Source: Chlamydiales bacterium (lineage in GTDB: Bacteria; Chlamydiota; Chlamydiia; Chlamydiales; JBDQID01). From it: DNA of 43,470 nt. The stretch covers positions 1-43,470 of the forward strand of contig JBLFWS010000006.1 of the NCBI GenBank assembly GCA_047611865.1. Direction: 5' to 3'. Numbering within the stretch: position 1 is the stretch's first letter; each line of letters begins with the position of its first letter. Shown here in pieces: positions 29,115 through 37,964 of this stretch. Position numbers and translations under genes: made by a program. The notes beneath the pieces are model-generated. The model had not been told where the DNA came from and searched no databases. It worked only from the letters and a program-made list of their open reading frames with translations.

Positions 29115-29223
29115 ATAAGTCCTCCCCTGGAACAATACTACTTCACACACTACTATGGATTGTTATATGTTAATTTACAGATATAACGGATAACTTATTA
29201 ATTTAATTACTAAAGGTTCCACC

Positions 29224-30834
29224 ATGAGCTTTAATTTTCATGCCGTACCCAATAAAACCAGTGAACGTGTTCCTACTTTTTTAACTCCAAATACTCCCCC
29301 CAGAGCCGTCCCTATTTTAAGAAGACCTGTTCTCCCTGATCTTCTACCGCACAAATTCCTCACAACAAGGCATTTTACTAAAAAAGCCCTTCCCCCGATA
29401 GTCCACTTAAATGTCTGCCTTATTGATATCAACAAGAGAATAAATGTAAATTCCACCCGCCCTAGCGCTCATCATGCACTTCTAAAAGCACGAAAAGACT
29501 TAAGGCTTTTGAAGTCAAAAATGAAAACACTTTGCTTTGCTGGAAAGCCCCCTCAAATAGCTGAAGAAAAAAGATCCACGCGAAATCAGAAAGAAAAAGA
29601 GACTTTAGAAGATACGAGGTTCAGACACACTACTCACGTAGAAATGCCTCCCGTTAGACCCTACTCAAAATTCCTCCCCACCACAGCTCCCTCTAGTCTC
29701 CTTACAAATGATAGTTCAACTTTGGAAGAAGTCAATTTTCTCAATGCATCACCCAAGTTTATTTCCAAAGCAAAAAAAATCAGAATGAATATGAAACAAA
29801 TTACAGCGATCATAGAGTTTGTTAATGAATTTGAAATATGCCCTTACAAACCCATTTCATTAGAAAATGCGACCCACATCTCCAGAAGAGAAGCAGAAGA
29901 AATCAGAGGGTCAAAGCTTCCTTTTTCAATGACTCGCAGTTTAAACGAAGAATGGTTTGTTCATTTAAAAACGAAAAATGGTCCATTGCTTGGAGAAGGA
30001 AGCTTTAAGCGAGTTAAAACTTCTCTCTCTTATTCAAGTGGAAAAATTGTGGCAAACGCTACCGGCTACACTAGCAAGCCAGTAATTAGAAATGCCCTTT
30101 TGAGAGATTCTCATGTTGGAAAAATGTTTACCAGACAAACTGGGTTGGTTAGCGTTATCTCTTCCGTACAATACCGCGGCTCTTTAGGCCAAAATAAAAC
30201 CAGCATTTTAATGCCTTACTATAATATGGGAGACTTAAAATCCAATTTTGGCATGTTGAGTCCTGTAAACCAATTTAGAGTTGCAAAAGATATCATTGGG
30301 GGCCTCGCTACTCTACATCGATTAGACATTACACACCGAGATATCAAACCACAAAATATCTTCATAAAGCGAAGTAGGCTAGGTCTTGTATCAGGAGCTA
30401 TTGGTGATTTTGGAACATGCCACTTAAAAAATTTAGAAAATCCCCACACCCACGGCACTCCGGTATATCTTTCTACTGATCAAATGGTCGAAGGTGATGA
30501 AGAAAGAAATGCCTTAGTGCGAAAGGCTAGTGACGTATACGCTCTCGGTATTGTTATTTTAGAGTTATTTCATATGCCTTTACCTGAAATGCTAGATGAG
30601 AAAATAATCAAGACCAAATTCAGAAGTATCATCTCTTATTTAGGGAATAAATTTAACCTGACTGACTCCGAATCAGCAGAGTATAGAAAGTATCAGGCCT
30701 CTTTAAATGTTCTAAGATCTATGCACTTCGAAGATAAAAAAGAAGAGACCCTTGTGCGTTTAGCAACAAGCTGCCTGGACATCAATCCCTTAAACCGCCC
30801 AACAGCTGAAGACATGCTAGCCCAATTTACATGA
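29224..30834 (+). CDS. Eukaryote-like Ser/Thr protein kinase with a long N-terminal extension (candidate effector)
   Basis: LGEGSFKRVK, MPYYNMGDL, HRDIKPQNI, DFG, HGTPVYL, SDVYALG, RPTAEDML. The N-terminal ~190 aa are Pro/Ser/Thr/Lys-rich. No TM helix. Confidence 0.88.
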   Translation: MSFNFHAVPNKTSERVPTFLTPNTPPRAVPILRRPVLPDLLPHKFLTTRHFTKKALPPIVHLNVCLIDINKRINVNSTRPSAHHALLKARKDLRLLKSKMKTLCFAGKPPQIAEEKRSTRNQKEKETLEDTRFRHTTHVEMPPVRPYSKFLPTTAPSSLLTNDSSTLEEVNFLNASPKFISKAKKIRMNMKQITAIIEFVNEFEICPYKPISLENATHISRREAEEIRGSKLPFSMTRSLNEEWFVHLKTKNGPLLGEGSFKRVKTSLSYSSGKIVANATGYTSKPVIRNALLRDSHVGKMFTRQTGLVSVISSVQYRGSLGQNKTSILMPYYNMGDLKSNFGMLSPVNQFRVAKDIIGGLATLHRLDITHRDIKPQNIFIKRSRLGLVSGAIGDFGTCHLKNLENPHTHGTPVYLSTDQMVEGDEERNALVRKASDVYALGIVILELFHMPLPEMLDEKIIKTKFRSIISYLGNKFNLTDSESAEYRKYQASLNVLRSMHFEDKKEETLVRLATSCLDINPLNRPTAEDMLAQFT

Positions 30835-30852
30835 AATGAAGCCTCAAAGAAA

Positions 30853-31263
30853 TCAAGGAAGAAAGCGATTTTCGTAAGAGCCTTTGGGAAGAGGCTCTTT
30901 GCTGCTAAAGAGACGGTATCGATTTTTTGCGATGAGGCGATAGACGATGTCGAAAGGAAAGGACGGAATAAATGAGAGCCACCCTATCATTTTCCAAACT
31001 CCTCCCAAGTGCCACGCAATCCTTAATGCCGCCTTTCCTTTAAGATGTAATATTTGGTCAGGAGTCTCATAGTTTTCCAAAAAAACCATCGTATCCAGAT
31101 CACTTATTAGATCTGGTGTATCCTTAAGTTCCAGTATAGCTGTTTCCCCCTCCAGAGGAGCAAAGAAAAAACATGCCTCTTTGTCTACTTTCAGGAGAAA
31201 GCGAACAACGATATTACACAATGGACAATTGCCATCATAAAAAACTAAGTGCTTATGACTCAT
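30853..31263 (-). CDS. DCC1-like thiol-disulfide oxidoreductase (DUF393)
   Basis: VFYDGNCPLCN, FFFAPL, YRLIAKNRYRLF. Confidence 0.9.
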   Translation of the reverse strand: MSHKHLVFYDGNCPLCNIVVRFLLKVDKEACFFFAPLEGETAILELKDTPDLISDLDTMVFLENYETPDQILHLKGKAALRIAWHLGGVWKMIGWLSFIPSFPFDIVYRLIAKNRYRLFSSKEPLPKGSYENRFLP

Positions 31264-31308
31264 GGTAAACTCCTGATAGAGGGGGGCAAGTTATTCCTTA
31301 ACGTTTCC

Positions 31309-33105
31309 TTAGGAATCTTTCGGCACCTGAACAACTTTTGCTTCTTCTCTTTTCAGATCTGAAAATTCCTTGGCAAGCTCAAGAGCATCTTCATCTGAAA
31401 GATTGCCCGCTTGAAGTTTTGTTTTCACTTCTTCCCGTTGTAACATCAGCTTACGGTCAAGAATCTTCTGGATCGTGTTGTAGAAAAACACCTCAGCTTT
31501 ATCCTGATTAATTTTTTTCTGAAGAATTTCAGAGATAAACTCCTGTCCTTCCTGATCGTTGATCTCAATCGCCAAGGACAATAGATCCATGGATTTCTCA
31601 CTTTGGAAAGCCGACAGATAGGTTTCATAGATATTTTTACAAACAGGAACAATCAGATCATTAGCAGCAACATTTAACCTTGCTGCTTCGACAAAGTGCG
31701 ATTGCGCTTCCCCTAAGACCAGTAACCATCGAAGGAAATCAGCCTCAAGAACTTTGTTAGGATCGACTTCTTCCCGTCCAGCTGAAGCTGTCTTCTGTAT
31801 GTAAAAATTGTTCACATTCGCAATTCCCACTCCTACAGCATCTTCTGGGACATGGGCTAAATGGGCAAGTTTTCGCAAACTCTCGTGAACCATTAAAGGG
31901 CTATCCCATTCCCTTATTCTTTTTGCAATCGTTGTAACGAGTTCATTTTTCCCTGCTGGGGAGCTGAGATCGATCTGTTTTCCCAGGTAATCCACCAAAA
32001 AGGTCAGGTAGTCAGGGCTTTCTTCAAGAATACCCATAAAGCTTTCCGGCCCCCTTTCACTGAGAATACTATCGGGATCACTACCGAAGGGAAGTTGAGC
32101 TACATAAACTTCGACTCCCGCTTTCTGGAAAAGGTGCCCTATTTTTCTAGCAGCATCCCTTCCGGCTTCATCGGCATCAAGAGCTAAATGGATGACGTTT
32201 ACACCAAGATTCAGGAGTTCTTTTACGTGACCTTCTCCAAAAGCTGTCCCCTGCCCTGCAATAGTGATATTAAAACCGGCTTGTATTAATCGAAGCGCAT
32301 CAATCTGCCCCTCTACAATGATGGCTTTCCGTTCTTTAGCTATCCTTCTGCGGCAAAAATTCAGCCCATAGAGGGTACGTGATTTTTTAAAAAGAGGGGT
32401 TTCCGTAGAGTTAACGTACTTGCCTCCAAAAGTTTGATCTTTATACTTCCTTGCTGAAAATCCAATTACGTCAGCAGTAGGGCTAAGGATGGGAAAGGTA
32501 ATACGATCGTAAAAGAAGTCCCGCCACCCTCCATTTCGAGCCTCAGCAATCAAACCAGCTTCATGAAGAATATCGTCCTGAAACTTCTGCTTATACATAA
32601 AGTTACGGAAAATTTTAGGTGACGCTGGTGCAAGCCCCACCTGAAAGTTACGTATAAAGTTAAGATCAAGTCCTCTACGGTACAAATATTCCAAGGCTTC
32701 ATGTCCCTCAGGAGTGTGAAGCAAGGTGAACTGATAAAAGCGGCATGCTGCTTTCATGGCCTTCTTCAATAAAACTTTATTGGGTCCTTTAACCTCTGCG
32801 CCCGACTCTTCTTGTTCCAGGTGAACATGGAACATTTGCGCCAAGCTTTCCACCGCATCGATGAAGGAGACACTCTGGTAGTTCATTAAAAATTGTATCG
32901 CATCCCCATGCGCACCGCAGCCAAAACAATGGTAGTGCGTATCGCCCTTTTGAACAGTGAAAGAAGGACTTTTTTCATCATGAAAAGGACAAAGAGCTTT
33001 ATAGGAGGTCCCGCCCCGTTTTAGATCAATATGTGAGGATATCATCTCGATGATATCGATCCGCTGTTTTAAAGTTTCCAGGCTAGCTTTGGTAAAAAGA
33101 GGCAT
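31309..33105 (-). CDS. dnaG: DNA primase
   Basis: Zinc finger CPFHDEKSPSF..CFGC, KYVNS.ET..FKK, Toprim IVEGQID and LDADEAG. Start placed at MPLFTK (33105). Confidence 0.96.
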   Translation of the reverse strand: MPLFTKASLETLKQRIDIIEMISSHIDLKRGGTSYKALCPFHDEKSPSFTVQKGDTHYHCFGCGAHGDAIQFLMNYQSVSFIDAVESLAQMFHVHLEQEESGAEVKGPNKVLLKKAMKAACRFYQFTLLHTPEGHEALEYLYRRGLDLNFIRNFQVGLAPASPKIFRNFMYKQKFQDDILHEAGLIAEARNGGWRDFFYDRITFPILSPTADVIGFSARKYKDQTFGGKYVNSTETPLFKKSRTLYGLNFCRRRIAKERKAIIVEGQIDALRLIQAGFNITIAGQGTAFGEGHVKELLNLGVNVIHLALDADEAGRDAARKIGHLFQKAGVEVYVAQLPFGSDPDSILSERGPESFMGILEESPDYLTFLVDYLGKQIDLSSPAGKNELVTTIAKRIREWDSPLMVHESLRKLAHLAHVPEDAVGVGIANVNNFYIQKTASAGREEVDPNKVLEADFLRWLLVLGEAQSHFVEAARLNVAANDLIVPVCKNIYETYLSAFQSEKSMDLLSLAIEINDQEGQEFISEILQKKINQDKAEVFFYNTIQKILDRKLMLQREEVKTKLQAGNLSDEDALELAKEFSDLKREEAKVVQVPKDS

Positions 33106-33249
33106 TAGGACCTTATTAATGGGTATATCTGAAGTTATACTGGAATCGGCCACAAACTTTGAATTTGCGGGCGAACCCAGTGCAGGAGGATATTCTCTCT
33201 CTCGAAAAAATCAAAGAACAAAAGCAAGAAAGTAGCACAAATGCAAATG

Positions 33250-33265
33250 TGGCACAGTCCTTGCA
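33250..33265 (+). promoter_or_regulatory. Sigma-54 (RpoN) -24/-12 promoter of fliD
   Basis: TGGCAC-AGTCC-TTGCA is an exact match to TGGCAC-N5-TTGCW. Intergenic, correct strand, 74 nt before the fliD ATG. Confidence 0.85.
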
Positions 33266-33339
33266 GTGCTACAGTCGAGTTAAAGTTTAGATTATGTGTA
33301 TTCAGTAGATTAGGCAATTTATGCCGGGAGGGATTATCC

Positions 33340-35040
33340 ATGACATCACCCACTGCCAGTTCGGATGGCAAGATTAGACTAGGAGGCCTTTCCTCTGGTT
33401 TTGATACCGACTCCATTGTAAATGCCATGCTTGCATCAGATCAAAGTAGAATCGATAAACTCTTGGAAGATGTTGAGATCAACAAAGCAAAAAAGTCCAC
33501 CTGGGAAGATATTACTGAACAACTTAGAACCATGTCCGAAACTGTAACCAAGCTGAAGGCTACAGGTGTCACTGGCCAAACTCTTTTTGATGACAAGCTC
33601 ATGACATCCTCAAACACAGCTATCGCTAGTGGTGTCGCAGCATATACTGCTTCCAAAGGAAGCTACTCCATCAATATCACAGCTATTGCCCAGGCTCATG
33701 TTATTTACGGAACCCAGAAGGCAGCAGGTTATACCCTACCCACTGCAGGTACCTTTCTCCTCAATGGAACCACTATTACTGTAAACAGTGGAGAATCTTT
33801 AACAACCATTGCCAACAGAATTAATCTTTCCGATTTTCCTTCTGGCGAAGAACTACAGGCTAACATCATCGATAACAGACTCGTAATCCAGACCGAAAAC
33901 ACCGGGGCCTCGAAGGCTGTATATGGTACAGCAACTGGATCCCCCCCTTTTGTTATTGCTACAGATGACCCTGATTCCATATTACAAAACGACCTGGAAA
34001 TCATCGATGGTACAGGAAATTTTATTAATGTAGCCCAGACCTCTGCCGATGCCGCATTAACAATCAACGGAGTCCCCTTAAATCCTGAAGAGAATACTGT
34101 TGATGATGCCGTCAGAGGTTTAACAATAAACTTATTAAGTACAGGTAGCGCCGTCATCAATATCACTCATAACACTGAGAAAGTGAAAGCCGTTGTATCC
34201 GATTTCGTAGACCTGTATAACGAGAGCCGAGACCTTATTACAAGAATCCGTACCGCTAAACTCAGTGAAGATGATCTTTTCGGTCTTTTCTCAAATGACC
34301 CCTTACTTAGATCTATGTACAGCGAGCTTCGTTCCTTAACCACTCTAGGAGTGACCTTCGTTAATGGGGACTGGGAAGGAGCCTTATCAGCACAAGCAGC
34401 ATCAGCAAGCGCTACCAGTCTCACTGTTGATAATTTTGAAGTCGACGGCAGTCTGAGCGTAGGAGATATTTTTGTGCTTCCTGGTCATTCAGAAAATTAT
34501 AAGTTAACAGCTAATACAGCCATTGCGGGTGGCACAGCAACCATGTCCTTTTTCCCACCTCTGGAATTTGCCGTAACTGCTGGACAAGCCCCAGTACCTT
34601 TAGTGAAGACCTTAGAAGACATTGGAGTCGGGGTTCGAACAGACACCGTCTCCGGTATCGAAGGTGTCCTGGGAATTCTTGACGAAGCCAAACTTGATAC
34701 AGTTTTGACTACCGATATGGACACCATAGACAAACTCTTCTCTCGATTTCATGCGGACAAACCGTCCCATTTAGGTGTCGGAAGGCGCGTATATGACTGG
34801 ATTGATTCTCAAATAAAAATTTCTGCCTTTGTCAACAAAACTCGCTCAATTGAAGATATTACCATCCCTGGCCTCACCGCCAGAAATGATGGCATCGCAG
34901 AACGAATAACTCGGCTCGAGGCGTCTTTAGAGCAAAAGCGTGAAGGTCTGATCAGAAAATTTGCCGAAATGGAAAACTCCATATCCAAGTCCCAATCCTT
35001 TGGCGCAGCGATTGGAGGTCTTAGTGGTGGTGGTGCTTAA
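33340..35040 (+). CDS. fliD: Flagellar filament capping protein FliD (HAP2)
   Basis: N-terminal GLSSGFDTDSIVNAML, GSYSINITAIAQAH, ADAALTING, NTVDDAVRGLTINL, FVDLYN, C-terminal coiled coil LIRKFAEMENSISK. ATG 33340 has a GGGAGG RBS. Confidence 0.9.
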   Translation: MTSPTASSDGKIRLGGLSSGFDTDSIVNAMLASDQSRIDKLLEDVEINKAKKSTWEDITEQLRTMSETVTKLKATGVTGQTLFDDKLMTSSNTAIASGVAAYTASKGSYSINITAIAQAHVIYGTQKAAGYTLPTAGTFLLNGTTITVNSGESLTTIANRINLSDFPSGEELQANIIDNRLVIQTENTGASKAVYGTATGSPPFVIATDDPDSILQNDLEIIDGTGNFINVAQTSADAALTINGVPLNPEENTVDDAVRGLTINLLSTGSAVINITHNTEKVKAVVSDFVDLYNESRDLITRIRTAKLSEDDLFGLFSNDPLLRSMYSELRSLTTLGVTFVNGDWEGALSAQAASASATSLTVDNFEVDGSLSVGDIFVLPGHSENYKLTANTAIAGGTATMSFFPPLEFAVTAGQAPVPLVKTLEDIGVGVRTDTVSGIEGVLGILDEAKLDTVLTTDMDTIDKLFSRFHADKPSHLGVGRRVYDWIDSQIKISAFVNKTRSIEDITIPGLTARNDGIAERITRLEASLEQKREGLIRKFAEMENSISKSQSFGAAIGGLSGGGA

Positions 35041-35203
35041 AACCCGGTCACCGATCACTTTCCATCTTTTAGTCTACAGGGAAGATTCGGGCATTCACTG
35101 GCGTTTAAGCTTGAAATAAGAGCTATTTCTTGGTAAAAAGGTTCCCCTTTGCTCTAAATCCTTGGGGGGCCTTCCTTTTCCCTCTTACAAAAAAAATCTT
35201 TCC

Positions 35204-37879
35204 ATGACTATCCAGACACCCAGTATTTCTTCTGCACAGAGAGTCACCCCTATGATGCAGCAATGGCATTCTTGCAAAAAAATTTCCAAGGACGCCGTAC
35301 TACTCTTTCGGATGGGAGATTTTTACGAAGCTTTTTATGATGATGCCCAGATTATAGCGAAAGCCATTGACTTGACTTTGACAAAACGCCAGGGCACTCC
35401 CATGTGTGGTATTCCCCACCATACCGTCGACAGCTATGTTGATAAGCTCGTGAGTAAAGGCTTCCGGGTCGCCATCGCTGAGCAAATGGAAGATCCTCGC
35501 CAAGCAAAGGGCATTGTCAAAAGGGATGTTGTCCGTGTTGTCACCCCTGGTACCGTTGTCAACTCCTCTTTGTTGACAGATAAAACCAACAACTTTTTTG
35601 CAGCGATTGATCAGTTGGGATCGCTCTACGGTCTTTCTTTTTTAGATATCAGTACTGGAGAATTCCGAGTCATCGAACTGAACAACAAGCGTGATCTTCT
35701 CAATGAGACATACCGTTTACGACCCACTGAATTTCTCACTTCGGAAAAGTTCAGAGATAAAAACAGTGAACTCTTCGAGGAAATACGTCACAGTTATTCC
35801 TTTCTGCACAACACACAAGAAGAATGGAACTTCGACCACCAGACGAGCTATAATTTTCTTACTAAACACTTTGAGGTTCACTCACTAGATGGCTATGGAA
35901 TCAAAGGAATGCTTCCCGGAATAAATGCTGCGGGAGCACTACTGGCTTATTTAAAGGATGACCTGCGCCTCCCCATCGAACACATTCGCGATATAAAAAC
36001 CTATGCAACCTCTGAATACATGTCTTTGGACCGTACTACCCAAAGGAATCTTGAGTTAACTGAATCCCTTTCCGATGGAAGCAAAAAAAATACCTTGCTG
36101 GAAGTTCTTGATCACACCCTCACTCCTATGGGTGGTCGCATGCTACGCCACTGGGTCAAACAACCTCTACTTTCTATAAAAATTATACAGAACCGTCAAG
36201 ATGCCATCGAATCCTTCGTCAGTAGCCCTCATGTAAGTAACTTCCTTGGCGAGACTTTGAATAAAGTCCGAGATATCGAGCGCTTAATCATGAAGGTCAG
36301 CGCCGGTTATGCGACTCCTAAAGATCTCGTTTCTTTGCGCACATCTCTGGAACAAGTTCCCGGAATTAAAACGACGCTAGAATCCTGTTCCGCAAAACTC
36401 GTGCAGGAAGCCTGCTCTTTAATGGAAGACCCTAGCAATGTCGCCTCTCTTATTGCCACTGCACTAGTGGACGATCCCCCTGTACGTGTCTCCGATGGTA
36501 ATATGTTTCGTAGTGGATACCATGAAGAGCTTGACGAGTTAAAAGAGATCAGTCGCAACGGCAAAACATGGATCGCCAAATACCAAGCGCAGCTTCGGGA
36601 GGAAACGGGCATTAAAACCCTTCGGGTGGGATACACCAGAGTGTTTGGATACTACATTGAAGTTAGTAAAGCCCAAGCTCCGAATATGCCTGAGAGTTTT
36701 GTTCGGAGGCAAACGCTTGTCAACTGTGAGCGTTTTATCTCTCCTGAACTAAAAAACTATGAGAGTAAAGTTCTTACAGCTGAGGATAAATCATCTTCTC
36801 TTGAAACCTCTTTGTTTAACGACCTACGACAGGAAGTTGCAAAGTCTGCCAAACCCATACTCGCTATTGCACAGGCTATAGCGAGTATTGACAGCCTGTA
36901 CTCTTTGGCCGAAACTGCCAGAAAAAACCATTACATTCGTCCAACGGTTAATACAAGCTCTGAATTGAATATCATAGATGGGCGTCATCCCGTCATTGAA
37001 GTCTCTGCTCTCAATAAAACCTTTATCCCTAATGACACCGTTATGGGTGACAATGACAATAGCCTGTTTATCATTACAGGTCCTAACATGGCTGGAAAAT
37101 CTACTTATATCCGGCAGGTAGCCTTACTCACCATCATGGCCCAAATGGGTTCTTTTGTACCTGCAAAAACCGCTACAATTGGTATTGTCGACAAAGTATT
37201 TACTCGCATTGGTGCTAGCGATGACCTTAACCGGGGACAGTCTACTTTTATGGTAGAGATGACGGAGACGGCTAATATCCTCAATAACGCAACATCTCGA
37301 TCTTTAGTTATCCTTGACGAAATAGGCCGTGGAACAAGTACCTATGACGGCATCTCTATTGCCTGGTCTGTTGCCGAGTACCTCTTGACTGTGGAAAACA
37401 AGAAAGCTAAAACCCTCTTTGCCACCCATTACTGGGAGCTTACCAAAATGGAGGAGAAAATTCCTGGCGCTGTGAACTACAACGTCATGGTTAGGGAAAC
37501 GGATGATGGAATCGTCTTTCTCCACAAGATCCTCAAAGGTGAAACAGACAAAAGTTATGGTGTTCACGTGGCCCGCCTTGCTGGGCTTCCGCAAGAGGTC
37601 GTAGACCGCTCAAAAGAAATTCTTGTTCATTTGGAAGAGAATTCCAATAGAAAAGAGAGCTTTGAGGCTCCCAAAACCAAAAAGGTTTTGGCTACTAGAA
37701 TCAAAAATAACGACAGCGAAATCCAGCTTATCCTTTTCGAACCATCGACCAGAAAAAAGCAAGAACCTAAGCACACAAGTCAACTACTCGATGAATTAAA
37801 AGCCCTGGACCTTGATACCATCACTCCCATTCAAGCTCATAGAAAATTGATGGAATTAAAGGCCCTTTTAGCAAAATAA
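35204..37879 (+). CDS. mutS: DNA mismatch repair protein MutS
   Basis: TPMMQQW, FRMGDFYE, TGPNMAGKSTY, GQSTFMVEM, DEIGRGTS, FATHY, SYGVHVA. ATG 35204 is preferred. Confidence 0.97.
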   Translation: MTIQTPSISSAQRVTPMMQQWHSCKKISKDAVLLFRMGDFYEAFYDDAQIIAKAIDLTLTKRQGTPMCGIPHHTVDSYVDKLVSKGFRVAIAEQMEDPRQAKGIVKRDVVRVVTPGTVVNSSLLTDKTNNFFAAIDQLGSLYGLSFLDISTGEFRVIELNNKRDLLNETYRLRPTEFLTSEKFRDKNSELFEEIRHSYSFLHNTQEEWNFDHQTSYNFLTKHFEVHSLDGYGIKGMLPGINAAGALLAYLKDDLRLPIEHIRDIKTYATSEYMSLDRTTQRNLELTESLSDGSKKNTLLEVLDHTLTPMGGRMLRHWVKQPLLSIKIIQNRQDAIESFVSSPHVSNFLGETLNKVRDIERLIMKVSAGYATPKDLVSLRTSLEQVPGIKTTLESCSAKLVQEACSLMEDPSNVASLIATALVDDPPVRVSDGNMFRSGYHEELDELKEISRNGKTWIAKYQAQLREETGIKTLRVGYTRVFGYYIEVSKAQAPNMPESFVRRQTLVNCERFISPELKNYESKVLTAEDKSSSLETSLFNDLRQEVAKSAKPILAIAQAIASIDSLYSLAETARKNHYIRPTVNTSSELNIIDGRHPVIEVSALNKTFIPNDTVMGDNDNSLFIITGPNMAGKSTYIRQVALLTIMAQMGSFVPAKTATIGIVDKVFTRIGASDDLNRGQSTFMVEMTETANILNNATSRSLVILDEIGRGTSTYDGISIAWSVAEYLLTVENKKAKTLFATHYWELTKMEEKIPGAVNYNVMVRETDDGIVFLHKILKGETDKSYGVHVARLAGLPQEVVDRSKEILVHLEENSNRKESFEAPKTKKVLATRIKNNDSEIQLILFEPSTRKKQEPKHTSQLLDELKALDLDTITPIQAHRKLMELKALLAK

Positions 37880-37964
37880 AGCTGATTACTGCTACAATAC
37901 CCATCGAATGTCAGCTTTATTTATTCTGACAAAAGATTACTCGAATTCCCCAAGGATGGATTAC

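Noticed and set aside
33281..33307. Sigma-28 promoter for fliD (TAAAGTTT present)
   Set aside because: No GCCGATAA-like -10 box at the 11-nt spacing (reads ATTCAGTA). The sigma-54 site is a far better match.
33135..33428. 97-aa minus-strand ORF overlapping fliD, and the upstream in-frame extensions of fliD and dnaG
   Set aside because: They overlap the sigma-54 promoter and better-supported starts, and contain no recognisable motifs.
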